DNA of 64,000 bases from Gammaproteobacteria bacterium (GTDB taxonomy: Bacteria; Pseudomonadota; Gammaproteobacteria; UBA4575): assembly GCA_965221955.1 (NCBI GenBank), contig CBDCTA010000002.1:156929-220928 (forward strand), in the 5' to 3' direction. Shown here piece after piece: positions 11,704-18,995 of the stretch (positions are counted from its first letter, which is position 1; each line of letters begins with the position of its first letter). The notes beneath the pieces were generated by a model. That model worked only from the letters and a program-made list of their open reading frames with translations, ran no database searches and was not told where the DNA came from. The position numbers and the translations under genes were made by a program.

Positions 11704-12431
11704 TGAATAGACTGGTCGCTCATCGTGGCGATATGACAAATTATCCTGAAAACAGTGTATTGGCATTACAAAGTGCAGCACTTCTTGGTTATCAGTATCT
11801 TGAGTTAGATATTCAGCTATCAAAAGATCATCAACCAGTTGTGATGCATGATGAAAGCCTCGATCGAACAACCGGTGTTAATAAGAAGGTATGGGATTTT
11901 ACTAGCAATGAATTGGAATCAATTTCGCTATTGTTTCCAGAACAATTAAAAGAAAAGCGTGAGTTGCTATTTATTCCAAGTCTTAAGCGAGTGATAGAAC
12001 AGCTTAATCACTATTCAAGACTAAATGTATTTTTTGAAATTAAAAAAGAAAGCATAAAAAAATTTGGTTTAGAAGAAGTTGTAGATCGAGTGTTGGAAGT
12101 GCAACGGTTAGCCAAATTTAATGTGATTATTATTTCATTTCTCGCAGATGTCATTGAGTATGTAAAAACTAAACAGAATAATTCTACAGGTTATGTGCTA
12201 AAAAAATATAATAAAAAGTATTATTCAACAGCTAAACAGTTACAACCTGATTATCTGTTTTGCAATATCAAAAAAATAGATCGGCCTAACGAGTTATGGA
12301 AAGGCGCCTGGAAATGGGCGCTTTACGATATTAAAAACCCTGCATTCGCTTATGAGTTATTAGAACAAGGTGTGGATTTCATAGAAACCGGCGATATTAT
12401 TAAGCTGAGTAACTCAGAATATTTCCAATAA
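11700..12431 (+). CDS. Glycerophosphodiester phosphodiesterase family
   Basis: VAHRG, PENS and ELDIQLSKD..PVVMHD..LDRTT motifs. Confidence 0.9.
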   Translation: MMNRLVAHRGDMTNYPENSVLALQSAALLGYQYLELDIQLSKDHQPVVMHDESLDRTTGVNKKVWDFTSNELESISLLFPEQLKEKRELLFIPSLKRVIEQLNHYSRLNVFFEIKKESIKKFGLEEVVDRVLEVQRLAKFNVIIISFLADVIEYVKTKQNNSTGYVLKKYNKKYYSTAKQLQPDYLFCNIKKIDRPNELWKGAWKWALYDIKNPAFAYELLEQGVDFIETGDIIKLSNSEYFQ

Positions 12432-12434
12432 TTC

Positions 12435-13616
12435 ATGAATTATGAAGTTGCAATTATTGGTGGTGGAATCCATGGAGTGGGTGTTGCACAAGCGGCGGCT
12501 GTGCGCGGTTATAAAACTGTTCTTTTGGAACAATATGATCATCTTGCGGAAGGAACTTCGTCGCGCTCAAGCAAATTGATTCATGGTGGTTTGCGTTATT
12601 TAGAACAGTTTGAATTTTCTTTAGTACGTGAATGTTTAATAGAGCGTAGCTATCTGTTAAAAAATGCACCAGATTTAGTCAAACTCACACCGGTTTACAT
12701 CCCTATATATAAGAGTTCAAAGCGATCTCCTTTGACGATACGCGCAGGACTTTCTTTATATGCATTGTTAGGTAATCTGAGCGCAGATGCGCGTTTTAAG
12801 AAAGTATCCAAGAGTAATTGGAACCAACTACATGGTTTAAATCAACAAAATTTGCGTGCTGTGTATCAATATTATGAAGCGCAAACCGATGATAGCTTAT
12901 TAACAAAAGCCGTAATGAACTCAGCACAAGAATATAGTGCTGAACTGATTCTTAATGCAAAGGTAAGTAACCTTAAACTTGAGCATGATCAGTGCAGACT
13001 TACCTATGTAAATTCATCGGGCCAAGAAAAAGAACTCACTAGTACGGTTGTTGTAAATGCAGCAGGACCATGGGCTGCAAACGTTGTGGATTGTGTACAA
13101 CCTATACAAAAAAATGTGAAAGTAGATTTGGTGCAAGGTGCACATATTGTACTGCCTATACAACTAGGCGAAGTTATTTTTTATATTGAAAGCCCTAAAG
13201 ATCAACGTCCTATATTTTTGATGCCGTGGTATGGCGAAACGATGATCGGCACTACAGAAAGTATTTTTGAAGGTGACCCTGCTAAAACCTATCCACTTGA
13301 ACAGGAAATAGGGTATCTATTAGAAGCATTTTATTTTTACTTTCCTGAGTATAAAGATAAAAATTTAGCAATTAGTAAAAAATTTTCAGGTTTACGTGTA
13401 TTACCAAGAAGTCGAAAAAACGCAAACCAACGTTCACGCGAGACCATCTACCTAAGAGATCGCAAACATAAGCCTAGGTTGTTATCTATTTTTGGTGGAA
13501 AATTAACAGCTTATCGCGCCACTTCAGAACATGTAATGAAATATATAGAACCGTCTTTGTCTAAAATCAATACTTATGAAGACACTAGGAAATTAAAGTT
13601 ATCTAAACCTCAATGA
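12435..13616 (+). CDS. glpD: FAD-dependent glycerol-3-phosphate dehydrogenase/oxidase
   Basis: IIGGGIHG, GTSSRSSKLIHGGLRYLE, NAAGPW and GGKLTAYR motifs. Confidence 0.9.
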   Translation: MNYEVAIIGGGIHGVGVAQAAAVRGYKTVLLEQYDHLAEGTSSRSSKLIHGGLRYLEQFEFSLVRECLIERSYLLKNAPDLVKLTPVYIPIYKSSKRSPLTIRAGLSLYALLGNLSADARFKKVSKSNWNQLHGLNQQNLRAVYQYYEAQTDDSLLTKAVMNSAQEYSAELILNAKVSNLKLEHDQCRLTYVNSSGQEKELTSTVVVNAAGPWAANVVDCVQPIQKNVKVDLVQGAHIVLPIQLGEVIFYIESPKDQRPIFLMPWYGETMIGTTESIFEGDPAKTYPLEQEIGYLLEAFYFYFPEYKDKNLAISKKFSGLRVLPRSRKNANQRSRETIYLRDRKHKPRLLSIFGGKLTAYRATSEHVMKYIEPSLSKINTYEDTRKLKLSKPQ

Positions 13617-13625
13617 GTGCTTTGT

Positions 13626-14102
13626 TCAAAGATTTATAGAATTACAATATTCTATGTAACTCTCATGTATTGAAATATTTTTATTATTAGCTAATTGTTC
13701 CAGATCATAGAGTGTTTTTTTAAATTCATCTTCTAAGATATTAAAAAACACATCCGTTAATGGATGTTTTCCAGTAGGTAGGGCGATGACTTTTTGTTTG
13801 AATTTAATTGAAAAAATAACATCTCTTTTAAATAAAATTTTTACTGCAAATACCCAACGCCAATCCCAAGAATAGGGTGCAAGAGAATCTTTACCTGCAT
13901 AGATGTCTAACAATTCGTCATCTTTTGCTACATCTTCGCTAAATATTATGGCTTGATATAAGTGGTTACTGTTTGAACAAATCAAGTCAGCCTCAACAAG
14001 ATCAGATTTGTTTGAATGATTACTGAGTTCTTTATAGAGAGTAGGGTAGAATAGCCGCAGAAAAGCTAAAAACTTAGGGTAATGCTTAGCCGAATCCATC
14101 AT
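13626..14102 (-). CDS. Hypothetical protein
   Basis: 158-aa AT-rich ORF, no recognised motif. Confidence 0.6.
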   Translation of the reverse strand: MMDSAKHYPKFLAFLRLFYPTLYKELSNHSNKSDLVEADLICSNSNHLYQAIIFSEDVAKDDELLDIYAGKDSLAPYSWDWRWVFAVKILFKRDVIFSIKFKQKVIALPTGKHPLTDVFFNILEDEFKKTLYDLEQLANNKNISIHESYIEYCNSINL

Positions 14103-14160
14103 GCACGGATACTGTGCTAATCCAAATCATCTATCAACCCGTTATAGTCTTTTCATGCGC

Positions 14161-14210
14161 GACCACCATGGATGGTGGAAGTGCAGATTTTGCAGGAGCA
14201 AAAATCTGCC
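14161..14210 (+). repeat. GGA-loop double-hairpin repeat
   Basis: GACCACCATGGATGGTGGAAGTGCAGATTTTGCAGGAGCAAAAATCTGCC. Confidence 0.85.
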
Positions 14211-14263
14211 AAGTAGCTCAGCCGTGATGGGCAGGATACCCAAACGTCGTGAAAGACAAGGAC

Positions 14264-14315
14264 GACCGTCATGGATGACGGAAGTACTAAAAATGCAGGA
14301 TGCAATTTTCAGTGC
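14264..14315 (+). repeat. GGA-loop double-hairpin repeat (nested)
   Basis: GACCGTCATGGATGACGGAAGTACTAAAAATGCAGGATGCAATTTTCAGTGC; stem 1 covaries with the 14161 copy. Confidence 0.8.
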
Positions 14316-14395
14316 GTCGGAAGCGACGAGAGTACTGCAGTGCGAAGCACTGCCAGTTAAGGTTATAGTTATTTTTTAAATTGGTTGGTTAATAT

Positions 14396-14472
14396 GCGCC
14401 CGTAGCTCAGCTGGATAGAGTACCTGGCTTCGAACCAGGTGGTCGGGAGTTCGAATCTCTCCGGGCGCGCCA
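14396..14472 (+). tRNA. tRNA-Arg(TCG)
   Basis: Same body as tRNA-Arg(ACG), but the anticodon arm is CCTGGCT-TCG-AACCAGG; CCA end. Confidence 0.96.
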
Positions 14473-14516
14473 TTAAATTTATAGCCTTTCAGGCTATAAA
14501 TTTAATGGCGTGTTTT
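14468..14516 (+). terminator. Perfect 20-bp hairpin overlapping the tRNA 3' end, possible terminator
   Basis: CGCCATTAAATTTATAGCCT-TTC-AGGCTATAAATTTAATGGCG followed by TGTTTT. Confidence 0.6.
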
Positions 14517-14532
14517 GAGTTATTCGATGGCC

Positions 14533-14631
14533 GAGTTCGACAAATCGGTAAGACAGCAAATTTGGACGTCACGTTAGGTGGCGTATGAGCATAGCGAATG
14601 TAGAGTTATGGATGACTCGAATCAGTCTCTC
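14533..14631 (+). repeat. Degenerate tRNA 3'-end copy with a structured insertion in the T-loop
   Basis: GAGTTCGA + ~83-nt insert + AGTCTCTC versus tRNA GAGTTCGAATCTCTC. Confidence 0.55.
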
Positions 14632-14654
14632 AAGATACCCTTAATTAAAATTTA

Positions 14655-14879
14655 TTAATCGTCTTGATGTTTATCAAAGTATTCTTGAAATTCAGCTTGT
14701 GAAATATTGGTTTCAGTGATTTCCAGGCCACCAACTTGTGTTGCAGTATTTTTTCTGCGTTCTTTGAGTACCATATTTCCATTTAAATCTTCGAGTGGAA
14801 ATTTGTTTAGTTGAGTAACGGATCGGCGTTCACTACGCAGGGATACTTCACCAGGGGTTTCAATCGTTCTGAATTTCAT
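14655..14879 (-). CDS. Small hypothetical protein, ERR-FPL-D-G-ERR motif family
   Basis: Shares its motif with ORF 37761-38018; start may be 14879 or 14945. Confidence 0.75.
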   Translation of the reverse strand: MKFRTIETPGEVSLRSERRSVTQLNKFPLEDLNGNMVLKERRKNTATQVGGLEITETNISQAEFQEYFDKHQDD

Positions 14880-14961
14880 TTTTCTTATTAATAAATTCTC
14901 ATAAATACAAGTAGGTATGATAATTCTTAGAGTAATTCTGTTCATGTAGGAAAATGAAAAG

Positions 14962-14977
14962 TGTGAGCGAATTCACA
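14962..14977. promoter_or_regulatory. CRP-type binding site
   Basis: TGTGA-GCGAAT-TCACA, perfect TGTGA-N6-TCACA in a divergent intergenic region. Confidence 0.65.
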
Positions 14978-15055
14978 ATGTTATAGAGCATTTCCTTTCA
15001 ATGTATGTGGCTATATGTGCTCAATAGACTTTGATAATAGAATTGTTTTACACAA

Positions 15056-15520
15056 TTGAAATATTCAAATAAATTTTTTCTCGTCGTATGCTTGCTTATA
15101 TCAATTACTGCGTGCAGTGACGATGCTGAGCTTAGTCCATTCACTAGCGATGGTTGTTCACTTTTTCCTGATAGTTCTTTAATTACTCAACAAGACTGGT
15201 GTGAGTGCTGTTTTCAGCATGATTTAGCGTATTGGAAAGGTGGTACAGAAGAGGAACGTGCGCATGCGGATCTTCAGCTTAAAGAGTGTGTATTTGAAAA
15301 AACACAGGATGAGGCCTTAGCAAAAGTAATGTATGAAGGGGTGCGTTTTGGTGGCAGTCCATATTTTTATAATTGGTATCGCTGGGGATACGGTTGGTCT
15401 TATCTGAATAATCACCGAGGAAAGTATCAGGTGTTGACAGAAGCTGAGCAGCAACAAGCAAAAAAGCTTATAGAACAATATCTTGTAAACAATCAAAAAA
15501 ATTATTGCGAAGCCCATTGA
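15056..15520 (+). CDS. Lipoprotein with phospholipase A2-like CxxHDxxY motif
   Basis: Lipobox LISITAC; SDGCS...WCECCFQHDLAYWKGG...AD..LKECV. Confidence 0.7.
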   Translation: MKYSNKFFLVVCLLISITACSDDAELSPFTSDGCSLFPDSSLITQQDWCECCFQHDLAYWKGGTEEERAHADLQLKECVFEKTQDEALAKVMYEGVRFGGSPYFYNWYRWGYGWSYLNNHRGKYQVLTEAEQQQAKKLIEQYLVNNQKNYCEAH

Positions 15521-15565
15521 ATGTTCTCCATAAGTTCTCTATGATGAGAACTTATGGAGAACATT
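15520..15565. promoter_or_regulatory. Palindromic lexA operator with two GTTC-N7-GTTC boxes in opposite orientation
   Basis: AATGTTCTCCATAAGTTCTC-TATGAT-GAGAACTTATGGAGAACATT; perfect 20-bp arms, covering the lexA RBS. Confidence 0.8.
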
Positions 15566-16156
15566 ATGTTGACTGAACGCGAACAGACCACTCTACAATT
15601 CATTCAAGATTATATTGCTAAGCACCGTAAAGCACCGTTGTTAACGGAAATTGCTGCGGGCTTAGGTATTCAGTCAAAAGGCGTTGTACACCGGTATTTA
15701 TCTACTTTAGAAGAACAGGGTTATATACGCCGGCATCAAAAGCATCGTGGCATCGAATTAGAAGGCCATCCTGATTGCGATGAACTACCACTATTAGGAC
15801 GCATTGCTGCCGGTAAACCCATTGAGGCGATTGAAAATCGTGAGCTGATTAACTTTGCAAACTTATTAGGTGGCCCCAACCGTTATGTATTGCAAGTAAA
15901 AGGCCATTCAATGATTGACGAAGGCATTCGCAATGGTGACCTTGTAGTAATTGAACAAGCGAGTACTGCGCGTAGTAACCAAATTGTTGTAGCACTCATT
16001 GATGGTGAAAATGCGACCTTAAAAAGAATTAAATTTCCAAGTCGAGATGTTATTCGTTTAATTCCTGCGAATAAAACTATGCAACCTAAAGAATATTCAG
16101 CTGACCGTGTGACCATACAAGGTGTGTTAGTTGGGCAAGTCAGAATGTATGAATAG
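15566..16156 (+). CDS. lexA: Transcriptional repressor LexA
   Basis: N-terminal winged HTH, GRIAAG cleavage site, GHSM serine and ATLKR lysine; ATG 15566 has a GGAG RBS (15554 is the alternative). Confidence 0.95.
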   Translation: MLTEREQTTLQFIQDYIAKHRKAPLLTEIAAGLGIQSKGVVHRYLSTLEEQGYIRRHQKHRGIELEGHPDCDELPLLGRIAAGKPIEAIENRELINFANLLGGPNRYVLQVKGHSMIDEGIRNGDLVVIEQASTARSNQIVVALIDGENATLKRIKFPSRDVIRLIPANKTMQPKEYSADRVTIQGVLVGQVRMYE

Positions 16157-17442
16157 TGTATGAAGCTGAATTCTCAACACTGAAGCCTTCAGGGCTGAAA
16201 TCTTCTGGATCTAAATCCCCTAGATCTAAATTATGGTCTCGAGCAATTGTATTCGTCGATATGGATGCTTTTTTTGCCAGTATCGAACAGCATGTGCGTC
16301 CTGAATTAAAAGGTAAGCCCATTGGTATCACGAATGGTCTTACTGGCACATGTTTTATTACTTGTTCCTATGAAGCCAGACAGTACGGAATAAAAACGGG
16401 TATGCGTCTTAAGCAGGCGCGCCAGTTATGTCCGCATGTGCAGCAAATACCTGCAAGAGCGGAGCTGTACGCAAAAGTATCTACAAAAATAATGTCTGCT
16501 TTGCAAGGTGTTACTCCTGATATAGAAGTATTTTCAGTAGATGAAGCCTTTCTTGATATTACTCATTGCCAAGGTATCTATAAAAATCCTCTGCACGCTG
16601 GAGAACTGGCCAGAAAAATTGTTAAAGAAGTAGGTGGAGTAAGCTGTAGTGTAGGTATTAGTGGTGATAAAACGACTGCAAAACATGCGGCTAAAGTAGT
16701 AAAACCTAATGGTTTATTAATGGTGCCACCTTGGCAAGCACGCGAGCACTTGCGAAATGTACCCGTAACCGAGCTATCTGGAATTGCTGGCGGTATTGGA
16801 GAGTTTCTTAATGATAGAGAAGTTTATGTCTGTGGCGACATGATCAAGTTGCCTATAGGTGAACTTGCCAAACGTTATGGAAATATAGGTCGTCGTATTT
16901 GGTATATGGCGCAAGGCTTGGATCCAGAACTACTAAATAAAACGGTAGCAGCACCAAAATCGATTGGGCATGGAAAAATTATGCCGCCTAATACTAGAAG
17001 TCTTAAAGTGTTAAAAACTTATTTACATCATATGAGTGAAAAAGTTGCAGCGCGTTTACGTAAACATGCACTTGAAGCGCGAGTTTTTTTTATCGGGTTT
17101 CGTACTGATTATGGCTGGCTTGCGAATAAGTTCCAAACGGAAGAACCTACAGATGATGGAAAGAAAATTAGAGTGTTAGCTAAAAGGTTGTTAGATGCTT
17201 GGAGCGGTGAAGGGGTATTTCAAGTGCAAATTACTGCGATTGAATTACGTCCACGTGGCAACCAATTGTCATTTTTTGATGTGGTGGATGAACAACGTCA
17301 GTGTTTGAATCGTGCTATGGATGAAATTAATGAACGCTTTGGTGAGTTTGCGTTGGCACCAGCTACTTTATTAAAACGTTCTGATATGCCAAATGTGATT
17401 GCACCATCATGGAAGCCAGTCGGACATCGTAGGACAGTATAA
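16156..17442 (+). CDS. dinB: Y-family DNA polymerase IV
   Basis: VDMDAFFASIE, SYEAR.YG.KTGM and SVDEAFLD motifs, QLSFF clamp-binding motif; coupled to lexA. Confidence 0.93.
   Translation: MYEAEFSTLKPSGLKSSGSKSPRSKLWSRAIVFVDMDAFFASIEQHVRPELKGKPIGITNGLTGTCFITCSYEARQYGIKTGMRLKQARQLCPHVQQIPARAELYAKVSTKIMSALQGVTPDIEVFSVDEAFLDITHCQGIYKNPLHAGELARKIVKEVGGVSCSVGISGDKTTAKHAAKVVKPNGLLMVPPWQAREHLRNVPVTELSGIAGGIGEFLNDREVYVCGDMIKLPIGELAKRYGNIGRRIWYMAQGLDPELLNKTVAAPKSIGHGKIMPPNTRSLKVLKTYLHHMSEKVAARLRKHALEARVFFIGFRTDYGWLANKFQTEEPTDDGKKIRVLAKRLLDAWSGEGVFQVQITAIELRPRGNQLSFFDVVDEQRQCLNRAMDEINERFGEFALAPATLLKRSDMPNVIAPSWKPVGHRRTV
16180..16239 (+). repeat. Degenerate in-frame 15-bp tandem repeat (4 units) at the dinB 5' end
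   Basis: CTGAAGCCTTCAGGG/CTGAAATCTTCTGGA/TCTAAATCCCCTAGA/TCTAAATTATGGTCT. Confidence 0.6.
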
Positions 17443-17640
17443 GCAAACTTGTTTGGCTTTAGATGAATCCGGGACACAGAAAGACAGTATGAGCAGGGTT
17501 TATTCGAAGTTAACCCGACAGAGCATCGTAGGACAGTATGAGCAAGTTTTTAAATTCAAAGTTGGCCCATGTACGTAAAACGGTATAAGTGCTTTGTTTG
17601 GTTTTAGATGAACCCAGGAGATTGAAGAACAATGTGAAGT
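17422..17640 (+). repeat. Degenerate ~49-bp tandem repeat (4-5 units) copying the dinB 3' end
   Basis: Core GACAGTAT-like motif at 17433, 17483, 17532, 17579 and 17628 (periods 50, 49, 47, 49). Confidence 0.85.
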
Positions 17641-17648
17641 AGATCACA
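17633..17648. promoter_or_regulatory. CRP-type binding site
   Basis: TGTGA-AGTAGA-TCACA. Confidence 0.6.
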
Positions 17649-17857
17649 AACGCGTTCACTAAAATCATAAAATTTGTAAATAAAAGCTATAAAATGCACC
17701 TAAAATCCGTAAGTTATGACCAATCATCATGGATTAACAGCCATTGAGGATTAAATCTAAGGTTTTCAAATAACACGCCGATACAATGAGTTACAGCTAT
17801 ACAGGATTAGTATAGCTAAGTTATAGGATATAACTAACGTATTGAAAAGGAGCATTC

Positions 17858-18058
17858 ATGCTGTCATACAGAAGTATTCAAAGGCTATACAAGCCTTCTC
17901 GATTGCAGAAGTTCCCTGCAGTTAAAAAACTGCGTTCATTAAATAATCATCAAAGTTTTTCTGAAAACGCTGTGAATGATGCTCATTTAACCCGTGATCA
18001 AGTTTTAGAAATTTATGACTGGATCTCGCAGTTGAGTTCGAAATCTAACAGTGCATGA
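17858..18058 (+). CDS. Small hypothetical protein
   Basis: 66-aa ORF with a strong AAGGAG RBS. Confidence 0.65.
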   Translation: MLSYRSIQRLYKPSRLQKFPAVKKLRSLNNHQSFSENAVNDAHLTRDQVLEIYDWISQLSSKSNSA

Positions 18059-18111
18059 GTAACTTGATGGAATTTGGTTTAGTTAATTAAGCAACTAGAA
18101 AGGGAAATATA

Positions 18112-18210
18112 ATGGAAGTTACACACACTATTCTTATTTTTGATGCTATTGCTTTAGTGGGAATTATGGTTGCTAGTACTGTGTACTTATACAAACATAA
18201 ACTTCACTAA
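18112..18210 (+). CDS. 32-aa single-TM small protein
   Basis: MEVTHTILIFDAIALVGIMVASTVYLYKHKLH; AAGGGA RBS; terminator downstream; below the ORF-track cut-off. Confidence 0.65.
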   Translation: MEVTHTILIFDAIALVGIMVASTVYLYKHKLH

Positions 18211-18259
18211 AAAGTATTACCGAGTCCAACTCCATGCGTATCTAACTACGCATTTAGAT

Positions 18260-18293
18260 AAAAGCCTCCGGCTCGTTTCCGGAGGCTTTTTTT
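18260..18293 (+). terminator. Rho-independent terminator (probably bidirectional)
   Basis: AAAAGCCTCCGG-CTCGTTT-CCGGAGGCTTTTTTT between convergent genes. Confidence 0.9.
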
Positions 18294-18337
18294 ATTCTTA
18301 ATAAGATTAGATCGTATTTGTCTGAAAATAATCTGAA

Positions 18338-18829
18338 TTATTTCTCAGAGCTGAATGCAGAGCATTTAAGTGTGTTAATTAATGCCTGACGAAACTCACT
18401 TGTTTTATCGCTACCAATTTTTTCGTGTACGCAGTCAATTAGCTTTTCGCTAAATTTAATTCCGTCTTTAGCAACATTTTCGCCCTTAGGAGTTAGTTTT
18501 AAATTCACTACTCTACGGTCTTGCTTGCTGTGTTCTCTTTGCACTAAACCCTTTGTTTCTAGTAATTCTAACTGTCTACTGATAGTACCAGAATCTGTGA
18601 AGGTTGCTGCTGAAACTTTTGCAGGAGTGACTGCAAGTTCGAGATAGATAGACTTTAAGATGCGCCACTGTTGATAGTTGACTTGATGCTTCTTTAAGTA
18701 ACTAGTCGTCTTTTTTCTTGCAATACAATATATGGTTTCTATGTAGGTAATGATGTCTGCGTTATTTTTAGAATTATTATTTTCAAGAACGCGCTTAGTG
18801 AAATCATTTTCTTCTTCTGTAATGTTCAT
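18338..18829 (-). CDS. MarR-family transcriptional regulator
   Basis: QQWRIL, DSGTISRQLELLETKGLVQR and DRRVVNLKLTPKG motifs. Confidence 0.92.
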   Translation of the reverse strand: MNITEEENDFTKRVLENNNSKNNADIITYIETIYCIARKKTTSYLKKHQVNYQQWRILKSIYLELAVTPAKVSAATFTDSGTISRQLELLETKGLVQREHSKQDRRVVNLKLTPKGENVAKDGIKFSEKLIDCVHEKIGSDKTSEFRQALINTLKCSAFSSEK

Positions 18830-18979
18830 AAATCTCTCAAATGTAGTAGTAAAAACTTCCTATTTTTACCAACCTATCAAGCTAACAACCCCACGCTAGT
18901 CTATGCTAGCTTTATGGTGCGAATGGTTGTCACTCAACAATTATATAACGATACAGTAGACTTTATGATTGCTAAAAAT

Positions 18980-18995
18980 TGTGAGCTACTTAACA
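18980..18995. promoter_or_regulatory. Possible CRP-type site
   Basis: TGTGA-GCTACT-TAACA, one mismatch from consensus. Confidence 0.4.

Larger units (their letters stand above)
14157..14356 (+). ncRNA. Candidate GGA-rich structured RNA built on a tRNA-Arg 5'-half remnant
   Basis: Nine GGA motifs in 14161-14325, most in hairpin loops; removing the inserts leaves GCGCAAGTAGCTCAGC...GAGAGTAC, matching the tRNA-Arg 5' end; transcription is inferred only. Confidence 0.45.

Noticed and set aside
14101-14379. 92-aa ORF (also 62277-62567, 63000-63209 and 7981-8178)
   Set aside because: These are translations of repeat elements or the tRNA antisense strand, so probably spurious.
17422-17640. CRISPR array
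   Set aside because: The units are too degenerate, the linkers resemble each other, the repeat is the dinB 3' end, and no cas genes are in the window.
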